In this document: piece after piece, positions 12,201-23,900 of the stretch
Layout of the letters: each line of letters opens with the position of its first letter
Numbering within the stretch: the stretch's first letter is position 1
Notes under the pieces: model-generated
What the model saw: the letters and a program-made list of their open reading frames with translations, nothing else
Databases searched by the model: none
Told to the model about the DNA's origin: nothing
Origin: Amphiscolops sp. MND2022
Lineage: Eukaryota
Assembly (NCBI GenBank): GCA_964187785.1
Contig: OZ076409.1
Coordinates: 23,438,001 to 23,502,000 of the forward strand
Reading direction: 5' to 3'
Length of the DNA stretch: 64,000 nt
Position numbers and translations under genes: made by a program

Positions 12201-15200
12201 TGAACTTTTGCGGTTTGCATCGAAGCAGAAGAACCAGAAGAAAACACCGAAACTGAAACTTACTGGTGGCAGCAAGTACTATTGCAAACTATGTGGAGGA
12301 TCTTTTGCTTCTGGAAAGAGTTACCATAAACACATGGCCATTCACGGAGGAGTTCCCCTCAGTGATGCCGGAAGTGCAAGTGAGGAGATGCCCAAGAAAG
12401 ATGCTGAAACCTCAGAGTCAGTTTTGCCCAAAAAGACGAAACAGACTAAAACACCTGCATCAAACCTTGAAACAAACTTCGGCAAAGATTTCACATGCCC
12501 CGTTTGTTCGCAGAAGTTCTTGACCGAAGAATCTTTGGAAGTGCATCAAAAAGTAAGACTTCATTTTGTGGATGAAAAAACAGACGAACCGGTGGCTTTG
12601 GAAGAGTCAAGTGCAGTAGAAGTAACAGATTCCAATGTAGCATTAGAAAGTGCACATGTAGACCTCAATGAGAAGTCTCCAAAGGAAGTAGTTTTAGACG
12701 AGTTGAAGTTCAAGTCGCCTATCAAGTCTCGTCACTCTCAGAAAAAGGACTCTCGTCGTTTAAAACTACTCAATAGTTTGAAAAAACCTAAGCTTCCTAA
12801 ATTTGGAGACGATGTTCCCAAAATCAAAGTCCATTGCGACTTCGGTGCAAAAGAGTCTGAGAAAAAAAAACAAAATGTCCTGCTACCTGCTGTTGCACCA
12901 GCATCTAAAGCACCACCAATGGGACCTAAAGTAGATACTGAGCCCGCTTTTGTGCCTGTATTTTTGGACCCGCCCTCTGCGGATGAGGTCACTGAAACCC
13001 AGACACCCGATGTAAGTACATCGATGAATGGATCAGGGTCACAAAAAGCTCCTTTGGTCACCGACGGCAGTGATGCAAAGATTCATTCCGGCAAAATCTA
13101 CGAGAAGGCACAAGCAGTTGTATGTCCTCACAATGGATGTGGCAAATCATTCAGAAAACAGTCGTTCTTAGACTTGCACGAGAAACATTACCATTCTTCG
13201 GAGAAGGTAGAGCCCAATAAGGAAACTTCAAATAAAGCTACCACAAGCAATGTTATAACCCTACCAACAAAGCCAACATCTAAAAAGATTACTGTGGCAA
13301 CTTCGAAAACAAAAACAAAGCCATCTGTGTCCAAAAAAGCCGCTACTGAACCCAGGCGTAATGTATCAAAAATCCCAACCTCAGCATCAGACACTTGGAA
13401 ACCTATTTCACCGAAAATTGTCGAGGAAAGTCCTGTTGTTGAACCTCCTGTGAAAGAAACATACAATGATATTTTGAATGACAGCTTAACTGCGAAAGCT
13501 GAAACATCACCTCTGTCAAGTGATAACGAAGAGAACTTTGCAGAAAAATTGACCGTCAAGTCTGTGCATGATTCACCGAGTCAACAGGGCTTGAAAAAAG
13601 TGTTCAAATTGAAGTTTACGTCACTATTATCTGAAAACCAAACTGGAAATCCTGAATCCCAAAATGGTGATTCGCCAAAGAAGTCTAGCAAGTTCAAACG
13701 TGCAGTTATTGACGATTCGGAAGTTGAAAGCGAAGCTTCTGTTGACTCAGAAGGTTGGTCGGGAGAAACCATCAAATGTGTCTGTGATTTGGTGGAGGTT
13801 TTTGGCACAATGGTCCAATGCAGTTTCTGTAATGTGTGGTTACATGCTGAGTGCTTAGAAGTGAACGAAAACGCGCTTCCAGAGGAGTATGAGTGTCCTT
13901 ATTGCGAAGTGAGACGAAGGGTTAGAGACACTGAGGTTCGCTCTGATTGGTTCACCCAAAGTTGTCCTCAGGATCCCCTTGGTTCCGGAATTCCAACTGA
14001 ACCCCTGGTCCAAAAGACCGCCCCTTGGATTGCTGCTACTGATCAGTTGTCGGATGATTTGGATAACCTTCAGACTATGATTGAAACCTTCGAGGAGTTA
14101 TACGAAGTGATGCAGAACCCAGGACATGTCAATTATCCCCAATTAGTGCTACGATTTCAGAATGATTTACAAACTTTCGACAGTCATAACAGCAAATTGG
14201 AATATTCTGACTTGGATCCAAATGTAGTCAAGTTGATAATGGAATTAGAAGAATCTTCTAGTAGATTGATTCAACCCGAAGAGGACTCGCCTGTAGAAAG
14301 TTCTTTCAAGAATGAAACCAGCGACCCAATAGACGATGCCACAAATCTCGAGTAAGAAGAATATCATGTGATATTGTGTAATTACCCGTAGACCTGTGTG
14401 TTGGAACTGTAGGCCCTTGAGATCTTATAGTAATAATCGTGGAGTTATCGGCCGAAATGAATATGACACTGTAGTCATGTAGTTCTAAAATGTTCAATTC
14501 TTAGATACTTCAAATTTTTCAAATGCAAGGTGTTGTGTGAAATTATTCAAGTTGTGTGTTGAATTGATATACTCGTGAGGAATCATTTAGGAAGTTTTGC
14601 TCAAAAATGTGAATTTCAGTTCCTCTTTGGAGATCGACGAAGGCAGAGATTGTTCTGAGAACAACGAGAAAAGGCCAGATCCTATAATAACTTGGTTGTC
14701 TCCTGAAAAGATGGACCTTGAAAGTCTGGACAATATTGGTAGCCTTAATGGCATCTCTTGTGGCAATGCCGACGACGAATCTTCTACGAAGGTAACTTTG
14801 AAATTGATAGTTGGTGCTCTTGTTCAGTATTTAGGTAGCTTTCATTAATAGGATTATGGTATTCATTATTCAACTGTTTGCCCTTTTCCGAAACTAGCAT
14901 GTCAGTTTTTCATGAAAGAGTTTGTTTCTGTTCGTCACGTTATCTCAAATAGTTATAACTGGAAATGATGCTTTTAGTAGTGTCACGGTTTTGTCATTCA
15001 AGTCAAAGTTTCGACAAACTTTTCTGGAAACTTGTGACAATTCTGTGATGTTTCTTAACATTCGTTCATTCATGTTTCATTAAATCAAATCGTCAACATT
15101 GTTTTCGGAAAATATTAAATGAGCCAATAATTCAGATTCTAAATATACATATTCATTGCTTTTAAAAACCTTTCATTTACCATTTTCCATGAGTTTGATT

Positions 15201-16978
15201 CTCTGATAACATCATTATTTCTGGCAGGATACACAGAATACAGACAGGAGTGAACTCAGCACAGATGCGTCTAAATCAGAGCTCACGTCGAATGAATCAA
15301 ACATAGCCAACGATTCTGACGTCAAACATAGTTCCGAGTCCAGCTCTCTTGAGAGCGAGCAAAGCAAGGGAAGCAACGAGCCGAACGCAAACAAACCGGC
15401 AAAAACAGGACGAAAAGTGACAATTGACTTTGATCCCTCCGTTCCGCCGAAAAATATTCTGGAAATGATGAATCGGTTACTCTTCCAGCTCGAAACCAGA
15501 ATGGATCACCTGGAGAATCTTTTTGAAAGTTAGTTTTGAATGCTTAGAATTTCTTCTTCCAAACATAAAAATTGTCAATTCATGTTTGTTTATAATCACT
15601 TTGACAAAGAAGCACAGACGGTAGCAGTGACTTTTAAACAAGGCGAGAACGTTTAAAGTCGGCGCTATATCTAAGGCTCAAAAAGCGCAAAGTTTTTAAA
15701 ATATGCCCAGGACGTATTTATGAAAAGCTCAGAAAACAGTTCCGAGACACCCAAAGGGTGCCTTTCATGCTCGATAAGACTCGGAAACCACTTTTTCCCA
15801 TACTGGGAACAAAAAAAAACATTTTAAAAAAATTGGGATTTCTTTCGGAAAATGTCTCAGTGCCGAAAAATGCAAAAGGGGGACCCTTTGGGATTTATTA
15901 ACATACATTCTGTTGCAAAATATCAAAAAACTCGAAGGGGGTCCCTTTGGGGACATGAAAAAATTTTCGAAGAAAAGCACAGTGCCGAAAAAAATCGAAA
16001 GGGTGGACTCTTTTAGTCCCGTCCGGTTTTGTAGGTTACCTTGAAAAAGTAAAAATGAAAGGGGGAACCTTTGGACTACGTTTGCCTTGGCCAGACTTGG
16101 CCTGAGGTGGTTTCAGGATTGTTTCTAAAAAGTGGACCAATCAGTGTGAGGATTGTAGTCTGAAGAAAAAAAGTCACTGCTATAGTCGGGCATTTTTCCT
16201 TAAAAGGATAAAGCGCCGACTAAAAAACTAACTGACAATCGTTTTTTAAAAATTTTCTATGATAATCGTAGTGAATTTTAGCATAAGTGCGTAGTTGGTC
16301 TAGTGATTAGAGAGTATAATTAAAGAGAAACAAGACCTATGGTTAAAATCCTGATTGGATCCAGCTTTTTCGTATTTCTGTATTTCTTATGGCAAAGGAA
16401 AATTAATGTCACTTCTTTAAAAACAAATTTTACCATATTTTTAATAGTCCGAAAATAGTTGTTTTCCACGGTGATCGACGAAGTGAAATTCAGGCTTGTT
16501 TGTAGCACATGTGTTTCTGGGGATATCTGATTTTTTAAAAAAGTGCCTGAAATAAAAAGAGCCAATATTGTGACTTGGTTCAGTTTCCGGGACTTCCTGA
16601 TTTTTAGGCTATATTAGGTTTTTAAATTATTTACCATCAGATTTTCAAGCTTGTCGAGCTTTTGACTATAGAATTATGCTATTCAAAATTTGTAAAAAAA
16701 AAATAGCGGTTGTATATGGGCGAAAAAACGAAACCTTTAGTTTTCATTGGTATTTTGAGGAACGTTTGTGTGAAGCTGAAGCAACTTACTAAAATGTGAA
16801 GTCTGTTTCAGAAGTAGAATCAGGGTACTACAATAGTATTGAGTCTTTCCCCTCTGAGAGAAGTCATTACAAATTCTACAACGGAGAGATCATGTCAGAA
16901 GAAGAGCTCAGTTACGAGATGCGTCGTCTCTCTAACGATCTGTTCCTCATCACACAACTCAGTAAATTTACGGCGTAG
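3271..16978 (+). CDS. PHF20L1: PHD finger protein 20 / PHF20L1-like chromatin reader (Tudor-Tudor-C2H2 x4-PHD), 11 exons, ~1377 aa
   Basis: Exons with GT-AG and consistent phases: 3271-3365, 4330-4549, 6109-6199, 6275-6366, 6443-6569, 6855-7217, 11673-11918, 12092-14351, 14620-14791, 15228-15528, 16812-16978 (sum 4134 nt, divisible by 3). Domains: chromo-barrel/Tudor EWFLSKVL..IFIHYKGWNSRHDHWV; second Tudor LLGEWKDG..VNVKFYDG; PHF20-type finger CEQPDCGKSFRKLTLLLHHTKHYH; PHD IKCVC..MVQCSFCNVWLHAEC..YECPYC. AATAAA near 17099. PHF20 versus PHF20L1 cannot be distinguished; probably a single co-ortholog. Confidence 0.85.
4645..4865. mobile_element. Small MITE-like inverted-repeat element in intron 2
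   Basis: ttaaaatctaggttaaaatctcctaaatga (4645-4674) is an imperfect inverted repeat of tcatttaggaggttttaacttggaatttaa (4836-4865). Confidence 0.55.
8400..9230 (+). pseudogene. Merlin / IS1595 (ISXO2-like) DDE transposase relic
   Basis: Across frameshifts: WRCEIRKC..GIRTNNWLQGSRL (N-terminal zinc ribbon), KIGG..VEVDESLFTRKK, VLPDRSAPTLMAAIEFYVQPGTLLMTDCWKGY, HETVNHQYNFVDPVSGAHTRGIEYLWR. These are typical ISXO2/Merlin motifs. Lies in intron 6 of the PHF20-like gene. Confidence 0.85.
9765..10345 (+). pseudogene. Non-LTR retrotransposon reverse transcriptase fragment (RTE-like), internally deleted
   Basis: ORF contains GVLQGNTLAPY, ADDIALL, GLHINESKTEY, FQYLGSW and VESILLNGSESW. The GVLQG-to-ADD spacing is shortened and the 5' part is missing. 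Confidence 0.8.
10460..11473 (+). mobile_element. Helentron/DINE-1-like non-autonomous element, family A (hosts a nested family B copy)
   Basis: 5' end ttttagtaggcgc...gctgact (T-run, subTIR, hairpin); 3' end gccgcctttggccgttcccggcttgtt (subTIR, GCCG-ttcc-CGGC stem-loop, CTTGTT). The same termini recur many times in the window. Confidence 0.6.
10698..11179 (+). mobile_element. Helentron/DINE-1-like non-autonomous element, family B, with internal ~172-bp tandem repeat
   Basis: 5' tttttAGGAGTCGGaaaaaattttcgact; 3' CCGACTCCTtta-ccgcacatgcgg-ctctggtt (inverted subTIR, stem-loop, CTGGTT). Two ~172-bp internal repeats at about 10797-11127. A homologous copy lies at 50451-50875. Confidence 0.6.
15637..16227 (-). 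mobile_element. Helentron/DINE-1-like element, family A
   Basis: On the + strand it begins aacaaggcgagaacgtttaaagtcggcgc and ends tagtcgggc...gcgccgactaaaaaa. Located in the last intron of the PHF20-like gene. Confidence 0.65.
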
Positions 16979-17224
16979 AACTCAGTTGGAAGAAAGCAGT
17001 CTTCAGTGCTCGAAGTAGCCTCCTCATTAGACTAATTTTATCCCTATTGTTTGCCAAAGTTTTGTACGAGATGTGTATTTTGAAATAATTTATTCCCTAA
17101 TAAAACAGTAGATTAAAATCTTTTTCCTAATATTAGAGTAGATATGTTAAGAGTTCTTGGAGCTGCCATTTGTTGGAATTCGTGGTGCTACCAGTCCTTA
17201 TGCTTGAAGTGACCAGACAGTGAA

Positions 17225-17598
17225 AAGAGAAATTGTAAAAGGGGAGACCATTTGGACTTTTTGAAAATCCAGTTTGTTGCGAAATATCAAAAAATGAAGG
17301 GGGGGCCCTTTGGCGACAAAAAAATCAAAAGTCTCACAAAGCCGAAAAAAGGGCGGGAAAATCTCGTAGTGCCGAAAAATAAATAAGAAATTGGGGACCC
17401 TCGTGCTTTGGAATGGTTTTTTGGGGACCCTCGTGCTTAGGAATGGTTTTTTAGAGACTTCGGATGCGTTCAAAATCGAGTACTAAGTACAGTGCACAAA
17501 AAGTTGTACATACAGAGGTCTGTGGTCTGACGAAAAGAAAGAAAAACTAGCCACTGTAATAGTCGGGCGCTTTTCACTGGAAAAGCTCCGACTAAAAA
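17225..17598 (-). mobile_element. Family A element, partial
   Basis: Shares family A internal motifs (gggggccctttgg, gtgccgaaaa) and the terminal hairpin tagtcgggcgc...gctccgactaaaaa. Confidence 0.55.
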
Positions 17599-17921
17599 TA
17601 CAGTAGTGGGAGGAATGTTTCGCACTCCGATTTGTGACAAAAATCGAACGATGTACATAATGTCCAAATGCTCAAAAAAGACAAGGAATTCGGAAAATTG
17701 TCTCCCTACAAGTTTTTGCTATTTCAATTAGGCCATTTTCGTTCAAAATTTTCTGGATCAAATTTCCATGAGTTTGTAAAAATCTTATAACAGTACTTTC
17801 CGTGTTTGAAGTGCTGAAATCTTGTTTAATTCTTGCACTCTATCCTCGACAGTACACCGAGTTGAAAATTTGACAAAACTTGGCGATATTTTTTCAGAGC
17901 TTTATTTCTCCACGAATGATA

Positions 17922-20900
17922 ACTTCAGCTCAAATCGGTTTTCTGTTCCTGAAAGCCCTTCACGTAAGCTTTCAAATGCACACTGGGAGTTAGTGCACCA
18001 ATTAGACTGGGAGTTGGCGCCATCCAAATGGCGGTCGTACTCATTGCTGAAGCTTCATTTGAAAAATCCTTTTTGCGTTTTCAATGATGACTTATTGTAT
18101 AACTAGAGTGGGACAGTAACTTAGCAAACAGTTGCTCCAGGTATTGAGAAAATACAAATTTTTTGAACTTTTTTGAAATGTTTTTTTGCAAATTTTTTCA
18201 GTTACTTTTTTGACGATGGCATGGAAAAAAACTAAATTGACTCATAACAACGCACCCCAGTTAGTCCAATAGCTAGCTTGTGAATAAGAAAGCTTGTTTT
18301 CTTATGTTTTTTGTTTTTCGAAATTTTTTATCGATTCTGAAAAATATGGCTGTCCTCATTTGCGGAATCTCTGTCGAGGCTATTCACAGGCATTTTCAAA
18401 AAAATTACGACAGATAAAATTCCATAAATGGTTGCATTTAACCTTTCTAGAAATTCTGATTGCTTTTCGAACATTTACCTGTAATAATGCTTTCTTCTGT
18501 AACATTTTTCATAATCAAGAGCGAATCAATTCTCCCACTGCATTAGAAACAAGCTGGAATATTAACATCGGCATTAACCTTTTTTGCCGGTAGCAAAAAA
18601 GTCATTAGCCCTTGTAAGTTTTTTTTTGAGTTACACTGAAAGCAGCTAGTGAAAGGCATATTTTCACAAATAGAGAGCGATGCTGTTCATTGACTAAGCG
18701 ATCGTTACCTTACACTTCAGCTCAAATCGGTTTTCTGTTCCTGAAAGCCCTTCACGTAAGCTTTCAAATGCACACTGGGAGTTAGTGCACCAATTAGACT
18801 GGGAGTTGGCGCCATCCAAATGGCGGTCGTACTCATTGCTGAAGCTTCATTTGAAAAATCCTTTTTGCGTTTTCAATGATGACTTATTGTATAACTAGAG
18901 TGGGACAGTAACTTAGCAAACAGTTGCTCCAGTTATTGAGAAAATACAAATTTTTTGAACTTTTTTGAAATGTTTTTTTTTGCAAATTTTTTCAGTTACT
19001 TTTTTGACGATGGCATGGAAAAAAACTAAATTGACTCATAACAACGCACCCCAGTTATTCCAATAGCTAGCTTGTGAATAAGAAAGCTTGTTTTCTTATG
19101 TTTTTTGTTTTTCGAAATTTTTTATCGATTCTGAAAAATATGGCTGTCCTCATTTGCGGAATCTCTGTCGAGGCTATTCACAGGCATTTTCAAAAAAATT
19201 ACGACAGATAAAATTCCATAAATGGTTGCATTTAACCTTTCTAGAAATTCTGATTGCTTTTCGAACATTTACCTGTAACAATGCTTTCTTCTGTAACATT
19301 TTTCATAATCAAGAGCGAATCAATTCTCCCACTGCCTTAGAAACAAGCTGGAATATTAACATCGACATTAACCTTTTTTGCAGGTAGCAAAAAAGTCATT
19401 AGCCCTTGTAAGTTTTTTTCTTGAGTTACACTGAAAGCAGCTAGTGAAAGGCATATTTTCACAAATAGAGAGCGATGTTGTTCATTGACTAAGCGATCGT
19501 TACCTTACACTTCAGCTCAAATCGGTTTTCTGTTCCTGAAAGCCCTTCACGTAAGCTTTCAAATGCACACTGGGAGTTAGTGCACCAATTAGACTGGAAG
19601 TTGGCGCCATCCAAATGGCGGTCGTACTCATTGCTGAAGCTTCATTTGAAAAATCCTTTTTGCGTTTTCAATGATGACTTATTGTATAACTAGAGTGGGA
19701 CAGTAACTTAGCAAACAGTTGCTCCAGGTATTGAGAAAATACAAATTTTTTGAACTTTTTTGAAATTTTTTTTTTGCAAATTTTTTCAGTTACTTTTTTG
19801 ACGATGGCATGGAAAAAAACTAAATTGACTCATAACAACGCACCCCAGTTAGTCCAATAGCTAGCTTGTGAATAAGAAAGCTTGTTTTCTTATGTTTTTT
19901 GTTTTTCGAAATTTTTTATCGATTCTGAAAAATATGGCTGTCCTCATTTGCGGAATCTCTGTCGAGGCTATTCACAGGCATTTTCAAAAAAATTACGACA
20001 GATAAAATTCCATAAATGGTTGCATTTAACCTTTCTAGAAATTCTGATTGCTTTTCGAACATTTACCTGTAACAATGCTTTCTTCTGTAACATTTTTCAT
20101 AATCAAGAGCGAATCAATTCTCCCACTGCCTTAGAAACAAGCTGGAATATTAACATCGACATTAACCTTTTTTGCAGGTAGCAAAAAAGTCATTAGCCCT
20201 TGTAAGTTTTTTTCTTGAGTTACACTGAAAGCAGCTAGTGAAAGGCATATTTTCACAAATAGAGAGCGATGTTGTTCATTGACTAAGCGATCGTTACCTT
20301 ACACTTCAGCTCAAATCGGTTTTCTGTTCCTGAAAGCCCTTCACGTAAGCTTTCAAATGCACACTGGGAGTTAGTGCACCAATTAGACTGGAAGTTGGCG
20401 CCATCCAAATGGCGGTCGTACTCATTGCTGAAGCTTCATTTGAAAAATCCTTTTTGCGTTTTCAATGATGACTTATTGTATAACTAGAGTGGGACAGTAA
20501 CTTAGCAAACAGTTGCTCCAGGTATTGAGAAAATACAAATTTTTTGAACTTTTTTGAAATGTTTTTTTTGCAAATTTTTTCAGTTACTTTTTTGACGATG
20601 GCATGGAAAAAAACTAAATTGACTCATAACAACGCACCCCAGTTAGTCCAATAGCTAGCTTGTGAATAAGAAAGCTTGTTTTCTTATGTTTTTTGTTTTT
20701 CGAAATTTTTTATCGATTCTGAAAAATATGGCTGTCCTCATTTGCGGAATCTCTGTCGAGGCTATTCACAGGCATTTTCAAAAAAATTACGACAGATAAA
20801 ATTCCATAAATGGTTGCATTTAACCTTTCTAGAAATTCTGATTGCTTTTCGAACATTTACCTGTAATAATGCTTTCTTCTGTAACATTTTTCATAATCAA

Positions 20901-23900
20901 GAGCGAATCAATTCTCCCACTGCCTTAGAAACAAGCTGGAATATTAACATCGGCATTAACCTTTTTTGCCGGTAGCAAAAAAGTCATTACCCCTTGTAAG
21001 TTTTTTTTTGAGTTACACTGAAAGCAGCTAGTGAAAGGCATATTTTCACAAATAGAGAGCGATGCTGTTCATTGACTAAGCGATCGTTACCTTACACTTC
21101 AGCTCAAATCGGTTTTCTGTTCCTGAAAGCCCTTCACGTAAGCTTTCAAATGCACACTGGGAGTTAGTGCACCAATTAGACTGGGAGTTGGCGCCATCCA
21201 AATGGCGGTCGTACTCATTGCTGAAGCTTCATTTGAAAAATCCTTTTTGCGTTTTCAATGATGACTTATTGTATAACTAGAGTGGGACAGTAACTTAGCA
21301 AACAGTTGCTCCAGTTATTGAGAAAATACAAATTTTTTGAACTTTTTTGAAATGTTTTTTTTTGCAAATTTTTTCAGTTACTTTTTTGACGATGGCATGG
21401 AAAAAAACTAAATTGACTCATAACAACGCACCCCAGTTAGTCCAATAGCTAGCTTGTGAATAAGAAAGCTTGTTTTCTTATGTTTTTTGTTTTTCGAAAT
21501 TTTTTATCGATTCTGAAAAATATGGCTGTCCTCATTTGCGGAATCTCTGTCGAGGCTATTCACAGGCATTTTCAAAAAAAATACGACAGATAAAATTCCA
21601 TAAATGGTTGCATTTAACCTTTCTAGAAATTCTGATTGCTTTTCGAACATTTACCTGTAATAATGCTTTCTTCTGTAACATTTTTCATAATCAAGAGCGA
21701 ATCAATTCTCCCACTGCCTTAGAAACAAGCTGGAATTTTAACATCGGCATTAACCTTTTTTGCCGGTAGCAAAAAAGTCATTAGCCCTTGTAAGTTTTTT
21801 TCTTGAGTTACACTGAAAGCAGCTAGTGAAAGGCATATTTTCACAAATAGAGAGCGATGCTGTTCATTGACTAAGCGATCGTTACCTTACACTTCAGCTC
21901 AAATCGGTTTTCTGTTCCTGAAAGCCCTTCACGTAAGCTTTCAAATGCACACTGGGAGTTAGTGCACCAATTAGACTGGGAGTTGGCGCCATCCAAATGG
22001 CGGTCGTACTCATTGCTGAAGCTTCATTTGAAAAATCCTTTTTGCGTTTTCAATGATGACTTATTGTATAACTAGAGTGGGACAGTAACTTAGCAAACAG
22101 TTGCTCCAGTTATTGAGAAAATACAAATTTTTTGAACTTTTTTGAAATGTTTTTTTTGCAAATTTTTTCAGTTACTTTTTTGACGATGGCATGGAAAAAA
22201 ACTAAATTGACTCATAACAACGCACCCCAGTTAGTCCAATAGCTAGCTTGTGAATAAGAAAGCTTGTTTTCTTATGTTTTTTGTTTTTCGAAATTTTTTA
22301 TCGATTCTGAAAAATATGGCTGTCCTCATTTGCGGAATCTCTGTCGAGGCTATTCACAGGCATTTTCAAAAAAATTACGACAGATAAAATTCCATAAATG
22401 GTTGCATTTAACCTTTCTAGAAATTCTGATTGCTTTTCGAACATTTACCTGTAATAATGCTTTCTTCTGTAACATTTTTCATAATCAAGAGCGAATCAAT
22501 TTTCCCACTGCCTTAGAAACAAGCTGGAATATTAACATCGGCATTAACCTTTTTTGCCGGTAGCAAAAAAGTCATTAGCCCTTGTAAGTTTTTTTTGAGT
22601 TACACTGAAAGCAGCTAGTGAAAGGCATATTTTCACAAATAGAGAGCGATGCTGTTCATTGACTAAGCGATCGTTACCTTACACTTCAGCTCAAATCGGT
22701 TTTCTGTTCCTGAAAGCCCTTCACGTAAGCTTTCAAATGCACACTGGGAGTTAGTGCACCAATTAGACTGGGAGTTGGCGCCATCCGAATGGCGGTCGTA
22801 CTCATTGCTGAAGCTTCATTTGAAAAATCCTTTTTGCGTTTTCAATGATGACTTATTGTATAACTAGAGTGGGACAGTAACTTAGCAAACAGTTGCTCCA
22901 GTTATTGAGAAAATACAAATTTTTTGAACTTTTTTGAAATGTTTTTTTTTGCAAATTTTTTCAGTTACTTTTTTGACGATGGCATGGAAAAAAACTAAAT
23001 TGACTCATAACAACGCACCCCAGTTAGTCCAATAGCTAGCTTGTGAATAAGAAAGCTTGTTTTCTTATGTTTTTTGTTTTTCGAAATTTTTTATCGATTC
23101 TGAAAAATATGGCTGTCCTCATTTGCGGAATCTCTGTCGAGGCTATTCACAGGCATTTTCAAAAAAATTACGACAGATAAAATTCCATAAATGGTTGCAT
23201 TTAACCTTTCTAGAAATTCTGATTGCTTTTCGAACATTTACTTGTAACAATGCTTTCTTCTGTAACATTTTTCATAATCGAGAGCGAATCAATTCTCCCA
23301 CTGCCTTAGAAACAAGCTGGAATATTAACATCGGCATTAACCTTTTTTGCCGGTAGCAAAAAAGTCATTAGCCCTTGTAAGTTTTTTTCTTGAGTTACAC
23401 TGAAAGCAGCTAGTGAAAGGCATATTTTCACAAATAGAGAGCGATGTTGTTCATTGACTAAGCGATCGTTACCTTACACTTCAGCTCAAATCGGTTTTCT
23501 GTTCCTGAAAGCCCTTCACGTAAGCTTTCAAATGCACACTGGGAGTTAGTGCACCAATTAGACTGGGAGTTGGCGCCATCCAAATGGCGGTCGTACTCAT
23601 TGCTGAAGCTTCATTTGAAAAATCCTTTTTGCGTTTTCAATGATGACTTATTGTATAACTAGAGTGGGATAGTAACTTAGCAAACAGTTGCTCCAGTTAT
23701 TGAGAAAATACAAATTTTTTGAACTTTTTTGAAATGTTTTTTTTTGCAAATTTTTTCAGTTACTTTTTTGACGATGGCATGGAAAAAAACTAAATTGACT
23801 CATAACAACGCACCCCAGTTAGTCCAATAGCTAGCTTGTGAATAAGAAAGCTTGTTTTCTTATGTTTTTTGTTTTTCGAAATTTTTTATCGATTCTGAAA

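Noticed and set aside
11986..14355. 789-aa ORF as a stand-alone gene
   Set aside because: It is internal exon 8 (12092-14351) of the PHF20-like gene; its ATG and stop lie in introns.
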